A DNA stretch of 61,064 nt, filler included, from Basidiobolus ranarum (Eukaryota), in NCBI GenBank assembly GCA_040143965.1. It is 5 parts of 5 records of this genome, joined end to end, with 100 filler letters (N's around TTAATTAATTAA, not from the genome) between each part and the next. Parts side by side here need not be neighbours in the genome. Positions count along the whole stretch, not along the records: positions 48,947 to 61,064 come from JASJQH010000566.1; 4 more parts are not named here. One strand, given 5' to 3'. Positions within the stretch are counted from its first letter, which is position 1. Each line of letters starts with the position of its first letter. A model generated the notes under the pieces. It saw only the letters and a list, made by a program, of their open reading frames with translations, did not search any database and had not been told where the DNA came from. Made by a program: the position numbers and the translations under genes. Positions 51,328 through 61,064 of the stretch are shown here, piece after piece.

Positions 51328-51577
51328 ATGGCCAATCTTACCTCTAACGAAATACTTGAGCTTCTTCTAGCTTTATTTCTCCCACCTCTTGCAGTGTTCT
51401 TAAAGCGTGGTATTAAGGCAGACTTTTGGATCAACCTTGGACTCACTCTTCTCGGATGGATCCCAGGTAAATATCTTGTGCCTACATGCACCTTCTTTCA
51501 AACTAACCATCTTCATATCAGGTGTTGTTCATGCTTGGTATGTCATAATTAAGCATCGCCGTGAACCTCATGTTTAA
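51328..51577 (+). CDS. PMP3: Pmp3/UPF0057 plasma membrane proteolipid, 2 exons
   Basis: LALFLPPLAVFLKRG...FWINLGLTLLGWIPG|VVHAWYVI. Intron at 51467-51521. Confidence 0.9.
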
Positions 51578-52776
51578 ACAGTAGTTGATTGTTCGTTAAC
51601 TTTTCTGGGTAGATGTACCTTCATTTGCTTATATACATACATACCATATACCTCAATGTACTCTCCTAACCCTAATAAATATCTCTTAGACAAATCATCA
51701 TCTAGTGATATTTGCCAATAGCATTTGGAGATAATAGATCAAACTAAAATCTGTGGGGTGGGGCGGGGGCGGGTATCACCTGTTGGCTCAATTGAGTTGG
51801 TTTCTAGTGTATGTACCCCTTTTCCCAACAAAGGGATAATTAAGAACGTAACAATCAGACTAGTTGGGCATCGCGTCCATTCAACGAGTTTACTATCTAT
51901 ACACTGTAATGAATCTATAATATATACAATCTACAATATATACAACGTCATAATGAATTTACCTTCATCCGATAATAAAAAACCACTGATACATAATGAG
52001 ACCACCAACGTACAAAAACTGCATAATAAAAGAAATACCAATGCATTCATAATAAAAGAAATACCAATACATACATAAAACCAATACTCGTATTCCACCG
52101 TTCTATTAAGCTCATCTGTTAGCCAGTCCAAATGTAGCAAGTCAACAAAGAATAACCTTCTGACAATAGAATAGTCGAAATAGAATTTCTGACTTGATGG
52201 ACACGTAAACCCAGCTAGAACTAGGAATAATAATATATGTGATGTGCTTGCTTCATGAAACATCGCTATTTGATTCAGTGTTTGCGGCTATTTGATTTGC
52301 TATTCCACTCGGCTATATGCTCAATGTAGCTTTTCTTCAACCAATCTAATATATAATCAGAGCAATTGATTTCCACGTGTTGTATAAGACCCCAGTTCAT
52401 GTTGTTGCGGATAATCTTGTCGTTTAATCTGTTTTTTCGTACATTACTATTTTTACTGTTTCTGTTCTTAATTAATCATCACAAGTGACTTTTAATCTCT
52501 TCTATTCTTTCAACCATTTCATTCACATATTTTCTGTTATTCCTTCCCATTCCTTTCTTCTTTAAAAGTAACAGTTATCCTCCTGTTACATTCAAGTACT
52601 GTAGTTTCTCTTTATATTGCGATTAGATCCTGGTTTTCTTTCACTCCCTTATTGAAAGCTTTCTACTTACACACCTTGTAACAAGTGCGCATCAGATAGC
52701 ACTACCGTTCTAAAAATTAGAAAAATTCAAAAAAAGAGGAAGCCAACTAATTAATTATACAAACCAGGAGTTACAT

Positions 52777-55700
52777 ATGTATACAAATTTCTCTGACCAA
52801 TCTAACGTTAAAAGCTCTGAAGATGATTTGATGGCGTCAAATGCTCAACTTCCCCTTCGGAATCTTCACGAGGCTACTTGCACAACTCAAGAAGCATTTG
52901 CCACGATCTCACTAGACCCAGTCACTACTACCACAATTGTTACTACCACGACCTCAACTTCATATCCACCGTTGCATTTTCAACCACCTGCATATCGAAA
53001 TCTCGATCCTCAACTCTATCCTCTAGCTCATATTCCTACACCACCTGCACTCAGGAATTTTTACTTTGATTTCAATGGTCATCCAACAATATTTCGTGAA
53101 AGTGATTCTTACGAAGCTTGTATAAAGCAGGTATTTTATTTTATTATTTGCATTAATTCGACACTTGCTGTTTGCTTACTCAATGTACTTAAAGGCTAGC
53201 GGTAACTCTACCATCACAACGGTTGAGGAATCTGAAGTAAATTCTAGTAAGACCGGTCGTAAACGTTCTTTAACAGCCATAGACAACGTCAGAACGGAAG
53301 GTTGCTTGGGTACTCCGATCAGAGAAAACAGCTCCCGCAAAAAACTCAAACCTTCGATTCACATTGAAACACCACCACACACAGTTTCATCCAAGTTTCA
53401 GAAAGAAGTATACACTCCATCTTGTGATTCCACATATGAACCTGAAGAATACGAAATACCTTCCTCTTTAGCTTCTATATTAAATGATCCAAGGCACGAT
53501 ACTATATGGAATGAGCCGACTTCCCCAGCACTACCTTCCCCTTGTTTATCTCCCACAACGCTTTCCGATCGTAATCTTCCCTTCTTACCAGAGGACTCTC
53601 AAGATGAATCGTTTAGCGATACAAAGAAGGAAATCTCTACTGATGTCTCCCTTGTAAATTATGATAGCAATTTCAAGAGTGAATCTATATCATCATCTAG
53701 CTTAACGAACATGCTAAGCTCATTTGACGCACTTCCATATTCTCTTCAATCTTATATGCTTTTTCAAATGCTTCGGAGATGTCCCACTAACACACTTCAA
53801 TATGTCAGCTCAGTCATATTGCCGACACTTAAATGTGATTTTTTTGGGCTTCTTCCTTATTGCCTAAGTCTTAAGATTGCCAGTTTTTTGGATTGTAGAA
53901 GCATGTGCAAAGCTGCACAGGTCAGTAAGAAATGGCGAAAAGTGATCGACTCTGATCCAATCACTTGGAAGAGATTAATTGAACGGGAAGGCTATATAAT
54001 TGACGAAGTAGACGAACACTCTTTAATGAAGTGTGTGGGTAACCAACACACTATTTCGAATTTGCAAGTACCTAAAACTGCACCTAGAGAATCATCACCT
54101 TGTGATTCTGATCAAGGTTACAAATACGCATGTAAAACATCGTCCAGTTACGAACAAGGGTACTTCAATATCAAGAGCGAGTCTCACACTCCTTTGGCCA
54201 ATAGTAATAAGATCATGGAAGAACCGCCATTGGAATATCACGACACTAAATCTGAACTTACAGCTGAAGTTAGAAAGTTATCGAAATATCACGCCCTAGA
54301 AAAAGAAGTGACTCATTTTGAGAAAGAATATCTTTCAGCCTCCGCTGATAGTTTCCATTCTGGAGTAAAGAAAACTTCTACTGAGAATGAAGATCATCAA
54401 GGACCGCCAATGAATTTACCTTCTGTTGCTAACCATGGATATAAGCAAGTTTTTCGCCGGCATTACTTGATTCAACGTAATTGGATGGAAGGAAAATCCA
54501 AATCCATATCATTCCCTGGACATGGCCATTCGGTTGTTACATGCTTACAATTCGACTCGGACAAAATCATTTCGGGCTCTGAAGACCAATGTATTAATGT
54601 TTACGACATAAAAACTGGGCAATTGAGAAAGCGTTTGGAAGGACACGATGGTGGTGTTTGGGCCTTGCAATATGTGGGCAATACCCTAGTATCTGGGTCA
54701 ACTGACCGAACAGTCAGAGTTTGGGATATTGAAAAAGGGATATGTACTCATATTTTCTATGGACACACTAGTACTGTTCGCTGCCTACAAATCATAATGC
54801 CAAGTAATGTCAATCCCAACCCAAATGGACCCCCGGTCATGGAGCCGCCTTTTCCTATAGTAGTAACTGGGTCTCGTGACTCGACTCTTCGGATCTGGCG
54901 TCTTCCTTCACCAGTACACGACCCTCCGTACTTACCTAGTCACCCCAACTCTCCTATGAGTCAAGCTAACCCCAACCCATTTTTGATCAACACGCTTACT
55001 GGGCATACACACTCTGTTAGAGCCATAGCAGGACTTGGAAACCTTGTTGTTAGTGGAAGCTATGACACTACAGTGCGGGTTTGGAACTATATGACTGGAG
55101 AGAATATTTGGCGAATGGTTGGACACACCCAAAAGGTTTATAGTGTTGTTATTGATAAAAAGCGAAAACGCTGTATGAGTGGAAGCATGGACTGCACCGT
55201 ACGTGTTTGGAGTCTTGAGAATGGCAGTTGCCTGCACATTCTAGAAGGTAACTTTTATTTTTTGGCCATACCATATGACAACATTGCTAACTCTTGTTTT
55301 TGTAGGGCATTCATCGCTGGTAGGATTGCTGAACTTGACACCTGAATATCTAGTATCTGCAGCAGCAGATTCCACTCTTCGTATTTGGTCCCCTGATGAC
55401 GGGACATGCTCAAATGTATTATCTGCTCACACTGGAGCAATTACGTGCTTTCAGCACAACTCTGAAAAAGTAATTTCAGGATCTGATGGCACATTAAAGA
55501 TGTGGGATATTCGAACTGGAAAGTTTATTCGAGACCTTCTAACCGGATTGTCAGGCGTGTGGCAAGTCCAATTTGATCATCGTCGCTGCGTGGCTGCTGT
55601 GCAAATAAATTCAGCTACTTGGTTTGAGGTCTTGGACTTTGGAGTGGATGGTATTGAAAACTCCACCCCTATTCATGAAATTGGGGGATCTGTTGATGAA

Positions 55701-55871
55701 CAAATGTCAGTATTTTCCGACTCTGAACTCGATCCGACTTCCATCGAAACTGAGCCGAGCAGTGCGCAGCCCGCCATGCAGTATTCTTATCCACTTCTTC
55801 CATCGCAAACCCATTTTCCGTCCTCTAATCATCATTTAAATATCTCCTCATCGTTGCATTTTAGTCTTTAA
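52777..55871 (+). CDS. CDC4: SCF F-box/WD40 substrate receptor Cdc4, 3 exons
   Basis: D-domain and F-box (DFFGLLPYCLSLKIASFLD...AAQVSKKWR), WD40 repeats (VVTCLQFD, GHDGGVWAL, GHTSTVRCL, GHTHSVRA). Introns at 53131-53194 and ~55248-55305. Confidence 0.92.
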
Positions 55872-56474
55872 CATCATTTTGGACATTAGATTTCGTATGC
55901 TATTATCTTTCTTGTACACTTAATCACAATCCCTTCAGTCTAATATTCTCTTTACTTTGAATTCTGTTGAAATTTGTATTCTTCGTAACTTTTCTTGGCA
56001 CTACGCTGCATATCCATACCTTTACCACTGGAATAGTTCACCCCTTACTATCACCACACAGCAGTTGGCGATCGAACATTTGGAATATTTATCGTTATTT
56101 ATGGTCTAGCCTGTTCGTTCACTGATTAAATGGTGATTCGACTTCATCCCATTTCCTTACCTGAACTCCTTATCTGCTACTAATAAGCGTAATAAACTAG
56201 CTGGTCTGAAAATACAATACACCAATGTGAATGGAGATGTCTTCAGATTCGAACGAAACAACGGAATAAAGTGCACATGTCGAAGAAATATTCTAAAAGT
56301 GTATAGAAATACTGTCTTTATACAATTAACATATACACATAATAAATTAATATAAACGTAATAGAATAGAAAGCGGAAGAGATTCGGATGCGGATTCGTT
56401 ATCACTCGAGTGATACATATAATTCGTGGTGATTGAACAAAAGGGGAGTTATTTGGTCAAAATTGTATAGTAAA

Positions 56475-59400
56475 TTATGGTACACTACGGAATTTGTTGA
56501 TGGTAGTAATGAATTCATTAAACCGTAAAGGCTTGGTAACATATTCATCCATTCCAGCTGTGAGACATTTCTCACGATCCCCGATCATAGCATGAGCAGT
56601 AAGAGCAATGATGGGAATGTGGGTTCCAGTGGTGCGCTCCATCTCTCTAATACGTGCTGTAGCTTCGAAGCCACCCATGATGGGCATTTGAACATCCATT
56701 AAAATTAGATCAAATTTATGGTGTTCTGTAGCTTCCACTGCCAACAATCCATTGGAAACAATGGTGACCTCGTGTCCATGCTTCTCTAATATTCTTGCTG
56801 CAAGTTTTTGGTTCACCAGGTTATCTTCCGCCAAGAGGATACTCATATTTTTACCAGTGTTCTCAGTTGCCATCGCAATGTGGGATTCTAAGGCTGGCAT
56901 CAAAGCGTTGGTTAACTCTGGAAGAGTCACCGGAACGTTGATGTACGAGGTAATCAACATATCAATACAGCTCTTCATCTTGAGTTGCATAGGCATCGAA
57001 ATGGCCAGCAGTACTACGGGAACATATCGCAAGCACGAATGATTCCGAATCTTTTCGACATCTAATAAATCATCTACAATAATCATTTCAAATAAAGGTG
57101 TGTCGGGCCTGGAGGAGTTCGCAATATCCACAACTTCTTGAACCGACGACGCATTAATCGGCTTCAAATGGAGTTCTTCAAGCATATGGAATACACTCTC
57201 ACTTGCTGGGTGATTCTTAGTATTTAAGAATAAAACATGGCGTTTGTTGAACATGGTAATCCGTTGTTCAAGCAAATCAGGGGCCATTACTCCAAGTTTG
57301 AACAAGATGGTGAAGTAAAAGTCACTTCCCTCTCCATAAACACTATTAACCCAAAGATCACCTCCCATAAGTTGCACTAGCTGCTTAGAAATGGAAAGAC
57401 CTAGACCAGTACCACCATACTTTCGTGTGGTTGATCCATCAGCTTGTGAGAAAGTATCGAAGATAAGGTCGTATTTATCGCTTTGGATACCAATTCCAGT
57501 ATCACTGACGCAGAAAGTCAGGATCGCAGTATCACTAGTGACCTCTTTAACGGTAGCCTGTAAAGTCACCTGTCCGTCGGTGGTAAACTTGATGGCATTT
57601 CCTACTAGGTTCGTAATAACTTGGCGTAGGCGGAGAGGGTCACCAACTAATTGGTCAGGAATGTCTTTGTCCAGATCATAAACAAGGTCCAACTTCTTCT
57701 GGTTGGCTTTGACAGCTAACGTCTTGAGGACACTGAACATTGCATTTCTTAATGAGAAAGGAATCTGTTCAATGACAAGTTTTCCGGCCTCAATCTTCGA
57801 AATATCCAGAATATCATCAATGATGGTCAATAGAGAATTGGCCAGCTGGCTCACAATGGTTAGATTTTCCCTCTGTTGACGTGTGAGGTCCGATTCTAGT
57901 GTCAGCACAGTCATTCCAATTATTCCGTTCATTGGAGTACGAATCTCATGCGACATATTGGCTAAAAATTCACTTTTAGCTCGGTTAGCCAGTTCTGCAG
58001 CATCACGAGCTGCCAGGTTCCTTTGAATACTTTCGCGAAGATTGTAGACCATCTGGTTAATTTTTGTCTTCAGGGAGTCCATCTCTCCAGATGCTTCAAC
58101 TGTGATATACCTAGTGAAGTCACCATCAGTAGCAGCAGCAGAAATTTGGGCAAAGGCACGGACTTGGGTAGTCAAATTGGCCGCCATTGTATTCACATTA
58201 CTGGTAATTTCCTGCCAAATTCCCAAGACATCGTTGACTTGAGCCTGAGCGCCAAGATTTCCCTCTGTACCTACTTCTCGAGCAACTCTGGTAACCTCAG
58301 CCGCAAATAAGCTTAGTTGATCGACCATAGTATTGATTGTGCTTTTAAGATCCAACATTTCTCCTTTTACGTTTACCGTAACCTTTTTAGAGAGATCACC
58401 ACAGGCGACAGCCTTACTAACATTTGCAATATCACGAACCTGAGCTGTCAGGTTGGAAGCCATCAGGTTTACGTTGTCAGTAAGATCTTTCCATGTTCCA
58501 TCAACATCCTTGACAACTGCTTGGCCACCTAATCTACCTTCAGTTCCAACCTCGCGTGCAACACGCGTGACTTCAGCAGCGAATGTACGCAATTGATCAA
58601 CCATGGAGTTGACGGTATTTTTGAGTTCTGAGATCTCTCCCTTCACATCAATACTAATCTTCTTGGATAGATCTCCTCGCGCCACAGCAGTGGTGACAGC
58701 AGCGATAGAACGAACTTGACCGGTGAGGTTAGCAGCCATGGTGTTGACATTGTCAGTTAAATTCTTCCAAACACCAGCAACATCTTTTACGATTGCTTGA
58801 CCACCCAATTTACCCTCTGTTCCAACCTCCAATGAAACTCGGGAAACCTCGGTAGCAAACGTCTGAAGTTGATCAACCATTGTATTGATGGTATTTTTAA
58901 GATCAAGCATTTCGCCTTTAACATCAACTGTAACTTTGGTGGAGAGATCTCCTCGTGCGATAGATTTACTTACATTCGCAATATCACGCACTTGATTGGT
59001 TAGATTGGACGCCATGAGATTGACGTTATCTGTCAGATCTTTCCAAGTACCTCCAACGTCTTTGACAACAGCCTGACCTCCTAGTTTACCCTCTGTACCA
59101 ACTTCTCGGGCTACACGAGTAACTTCGGCTGCAAACGTTCGTAGTTGGTCTACCATAGAGTTGACAGTCATTTTGAGTTCGTTAATCTCACCTTTGACAT
59201 CAACCTTGATTTTTTTGGATAAATCACCACAAGCAACTGCCGTTGTTACCTCTGCGATCGAGCGGACTTGCCCCGTGAGATTTGCTGCCATGATATTTAC
59301 ATTATCTGTAAGCTCTTTCCATATACCGGCAACATCCTTTACAATCGCTTGGCCGCCAAGTTTACCTTCAGTACCAACTTCAAGTGAAACTCTGGTAACT

Positions 59401-61064
59401 TCGGTAGCAAATGTTTGTAACTGATCCACCATCGTATTGATGGTGTTCTTCAAATCAAGCATTTCGCCCTTTACATCTACAGTGATCTTTTTAGAAAGAT
59501 CACCCTGTGCAACGGCTTTACTAACATTGGCTATGTCACGAACCTGAGCCGTCAGATTGGAAGCCATCATATTGACATTTTCGGTTAGATCTTTCCAAGT
59601 ACCTCCAACATCTGTGACAACTGCCTGACCTCCTAGTTTACCTTCCGTACCGACCTCTCTGGCGACACGAGTGACTTCCGCGGCAAAAGTACGTAGCTGA
59701 TCCACCATAGTATTGATGGTCAATTTCAAATCTAGTATCTCACCCTTGACGTTGACTGTTACTTTTTTCGAAAGATCTCCCGTTGCAACGGCCTTACTGA
59801 CATTAGCAATATCACGAACTTGGCTTGTCAAATTCCATGCCATCATATTCACATTTTCAGTAAGATCTTTCCAGGTACCACCAACATCGGTAACAACGGC
59901 TTGGCCACCTAGTTTACCTTCAGTGCCTACTTCGCGTGCGACTCTCGTCACCTCTGATGCGAATGTTTGCAGTTGATCTACCATAGTATTGATCGTCACC
60001 TTGAGTTCGTTGATTTCACCCTTCACATCAACAGTGACCTTTTTAGAAAGATCACCATATGCTACGGCTTTACTTACATTAGCAATATCACGTACTTGGG
60101 CGGTAAGATTTGATGCCATAAGGTTCACATTATCTGTAAGATCCTTCCAAGTACCTCCAACGTCCTTGACAACGGCTTGGCCTCCTAGTTTGCCTTGCGT
60201 ACCAACCTCTCGAGCTACACGGGTAACCTCAGAAGCAAATGTTTGTAGTTGGTCAACCATGGTATTAATCGTCACCTTGAGCTCTTTGATTTCGCCCTTC
60301 ACATCAACAGTAATCTTCTTGGATAAATCTCCAACGGAAATGGCTTTGCTCACATTGGCAATATCACGCACTTGGTCTGTGAGATTAGACGCCATAAGAT
60401 TGACGTTATCTGTAAGATCTTTCCATGTACCTCCAACATCTTTGACGACGGCTTGCCCACCGAGTTTACCTTCTGTGCCTACTTCTCGGGCTACACGTGT
60501 GACCTCAGAGGCAAAAGTCTGCAGCTGATCAACCATTGTATTGATCGTCATCTTCAGCTCATTTATCTCTCCTTTCACATCTACAGTGACCTTCTTGGAA
60601 AGATCTCCTTTAGCCACTGCTTTACTGACATTAGCAATATCTCGCACTTGATTTGTCAGATTCGATGCCATCATATTCACGTTTTCAGTTAGATCTTTCC
60701 ACGTTCCGCCAACATCTTTGACTACTGCTTGGCCTCCGAGTTTGCCTTCCGTTCCAACTTCTCTCGCCACTCGCGTTACCTCGGATGCAAACGTTTGCAG
60801 CTGAACAACCATCGTATTGATTGTATTCTTCAAGTCTAGCATTTCACCTTTCACATTGACTGTGACTTTCTTGGAGAGATCACCTTTGGCAACTGCTTTA
60901 CTCACATTGGCAATATCTCGCACTTGGTTCGTGAGATTAGATGCCATCATATTCACATTGTCTGTTAGGTCTTTCCAAGTACCACCAACATCTTTGACGA
61001 CAGCTTGACCACCGAGTTTACCTTCAGTACCTACTTCTCTGGCTACACGGGTAACCTCAGAAGC
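56475..61064 (-). CDS. NIK1: Group III hybrid histidine kinase (Nik1/Os-1 type), poly-HAMP, 5'-truncated
   Basis: At least 11 ~92-aa HAMP units ([32 protein letters not shown]), H-box [17 protein letters not shown]1/F/G2 boxes, a degenerate receiver and a C-terminal receiver (LAEDN, LMDVQMP, KP). The frame is open to the window end. Confidence 0.95.
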   Translation of the reverse strand, partial: ASEVTRVAREVGTEGKLGGQAVVKDVGGTWKDLTDNVNMMASNLTNQVRDIANVSKAVAKGDLSKKVTVNVKGEMLDLKNTINTMVVQLQTFASEVTRVAREVGTEGKLGGQAVVKDVGGTWKDLTENVNMMASNLTNQVRDIANVSKAVAKGDLSKKVTVDVKGEINELKMTINTMVDQLQTFASEVTRVAREVGTEGKLGGQAVVKDVGGTWKDLTDNVNLMASNLTDQVRDIANVSKAISVGDLSKKITVDVKGEIKELKVTINTMVDQLQTFASEVTRVAREVGTQGKLGGQAVVKDVGGTWKDLTDNVNLMASNLTAQVRDIANVSKAVAYGDLSKKVTVDVKGEINELKVTINTMVDQLQTFASEVTRVAREVGTEGKLGGQAVVTDVGGTWKDLTENVNMMAWNLTSQVRDIANVSKAVATGDLSKKVTVNVKGEILDLKLTINTMVDQLRTFAAEVTRVAREVGTEGKLGGQAVVTDVGGTWKDLTENVNMMASNLTAQVRDIANVSKAVAQGDLSKKITVDVKGEMLDLKNTINTMVDQLQTFATEVTRVSLEVGTEGKLGGQAIVKDVAGIWKELTDNVNIMAANLTGQVRSIAEVTTAVACGDLSKKIKVDVKGEINELKMTVNSMVDQLRTFAAEVTRVAREVGTEGKLGGQAVVKDVGGTWKDLTDNVNLMASNLTNQVRDIANVSKSIARGDLSTKVTVDVKGEMLDLKNTINTMVDQLQTFATEVSRVSLEVGTEGKLGGQAIVKDVAGVWKNLTDNVNTMAANLTGQVRSIAAVTTAVARGDLSKKISIDVKGEISELKNTVNSMVDQLRTFAAEVTRVAREVGTEGRLGGQAVVKDVDGTWKDLTDNVNLMASNLTAQVRDIANVSKAVACGDLSKKVTVNVKGEMLDLKSTINTMVDQLSLFAAEVTRVAREVGTEGNLGAQAQVNDVLGIWQEITSNVNTMAANLTTQVRAFAQISAAATDGDFTRYITVEASGEMDSLKTKINQMVYNLRESIQRNLAARDAAELANRAKSEFLANMSHEIRTPMNGIIGMTVLTLESDLTRQQRENLTIVSQLANSLLTIIDDILDISKIEAGKLVIEQIPFSLRNAMFSVLKTLAVKANQKKLDLVYDLDKDIPDQLVGDPLRLRQVITNLVGNAIKFTTDGQVTLQATVKEVTSDTAILTFCVSDTGIGIQSDKYDLIFDTFSQADGSTTRKYGGTGLGLSISKQLVQLMGGDLWVNSVYGEGSDFYFTILFKLGVMAPDLLEQRITMFNKRHVLFLNTKNHPASESVFHMLEELHLKPINASSVQEVVDIANSSRPDTPLFEMIIVDDLLDVEKIRNHSCLRYVPVVLLAISMPMQLKMKSCIDMLITSYINVPVTLPELTNALMPALESHIAMATENTGKNMSILLAEDNLVNQKLAARILEKHGHEVTIVSNGLLAVEATEHHKFDLILMDVQMPIMGGFEATARIREMERTTGTHIPIIALTAHAMIGDREKCLTAGMDEYVTKPLRFNEFITTINKFRSVP

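Noticed and set aside
51931-52263. 110-aa hydrophobic ORF containing a 21-bp direct repeat (52022 and 52048)
   Set aside because: The hydrophobicity is explained by T-rich sequence; no family signature.
56400-56415. Perfect 16-bp palindrome TATCACTCGAGTGATA downstream of the kinase stop
   Set aside because: A single short palindrome is plausible by chance in 61 kb; no supporting context.
56752-61008. Repetitive plus-strand ORFs over the kinase
   Set aside because: Antisense shadows of the HAMP repeats.
1-61064. CRISPR arrays, rRNA or tRNA genes
   Set aside because: No repeat-spacer array or RNA-gene signature seen by eye. tRNAscan-SE or Infernal would be needed to exclude small RNAs.

Overview
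Eukaryotic fungal DNA: AT-rich, with short GT-AG introns. The gene content (P2X homolog, long poly-HAMP kinase, bacterial-type NlpC/P60) suggests an early-diverging fungus, possibly Basidiobolus-like; this is inference only. The window is not one locus. It is five unlinked contigs (12150, 12136, 12133, 12127 and 12118 bp, sorted by size) joined by 100-nt N44-TTAATTAATTAA-N44 spacers. Contig 1: inverted copia LTR relics, an MFS transporter, an orphan gene, an alpha/beta hydrolase and the 3' end of an Mpv17/PMP22 gene. Contig 2: the 3' end of a Ser/Thr-rich CBM19-type protein, a sugar porter and an APSES/KilA-N transcription factor. Contig 3: nested, decayed and CpG-depleted Ty1/copia and Ty3/gypsy elements. 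Contig 4: subtilase pieces, a 7-exon P2X receptor homolog and a cluster of three secreted proteins built from an unrecognised Cys-bounded repeat. Contig 5: an intron-containing NlpC/P60 gene, PMP3, CDC4 and a group III hybrid histidine kinase with at least 11 HAMP repeat units. The best novelty candidates are the secreted Cys-repeat family, the domesticated NlpC/P60 and the fungal P2X channel.
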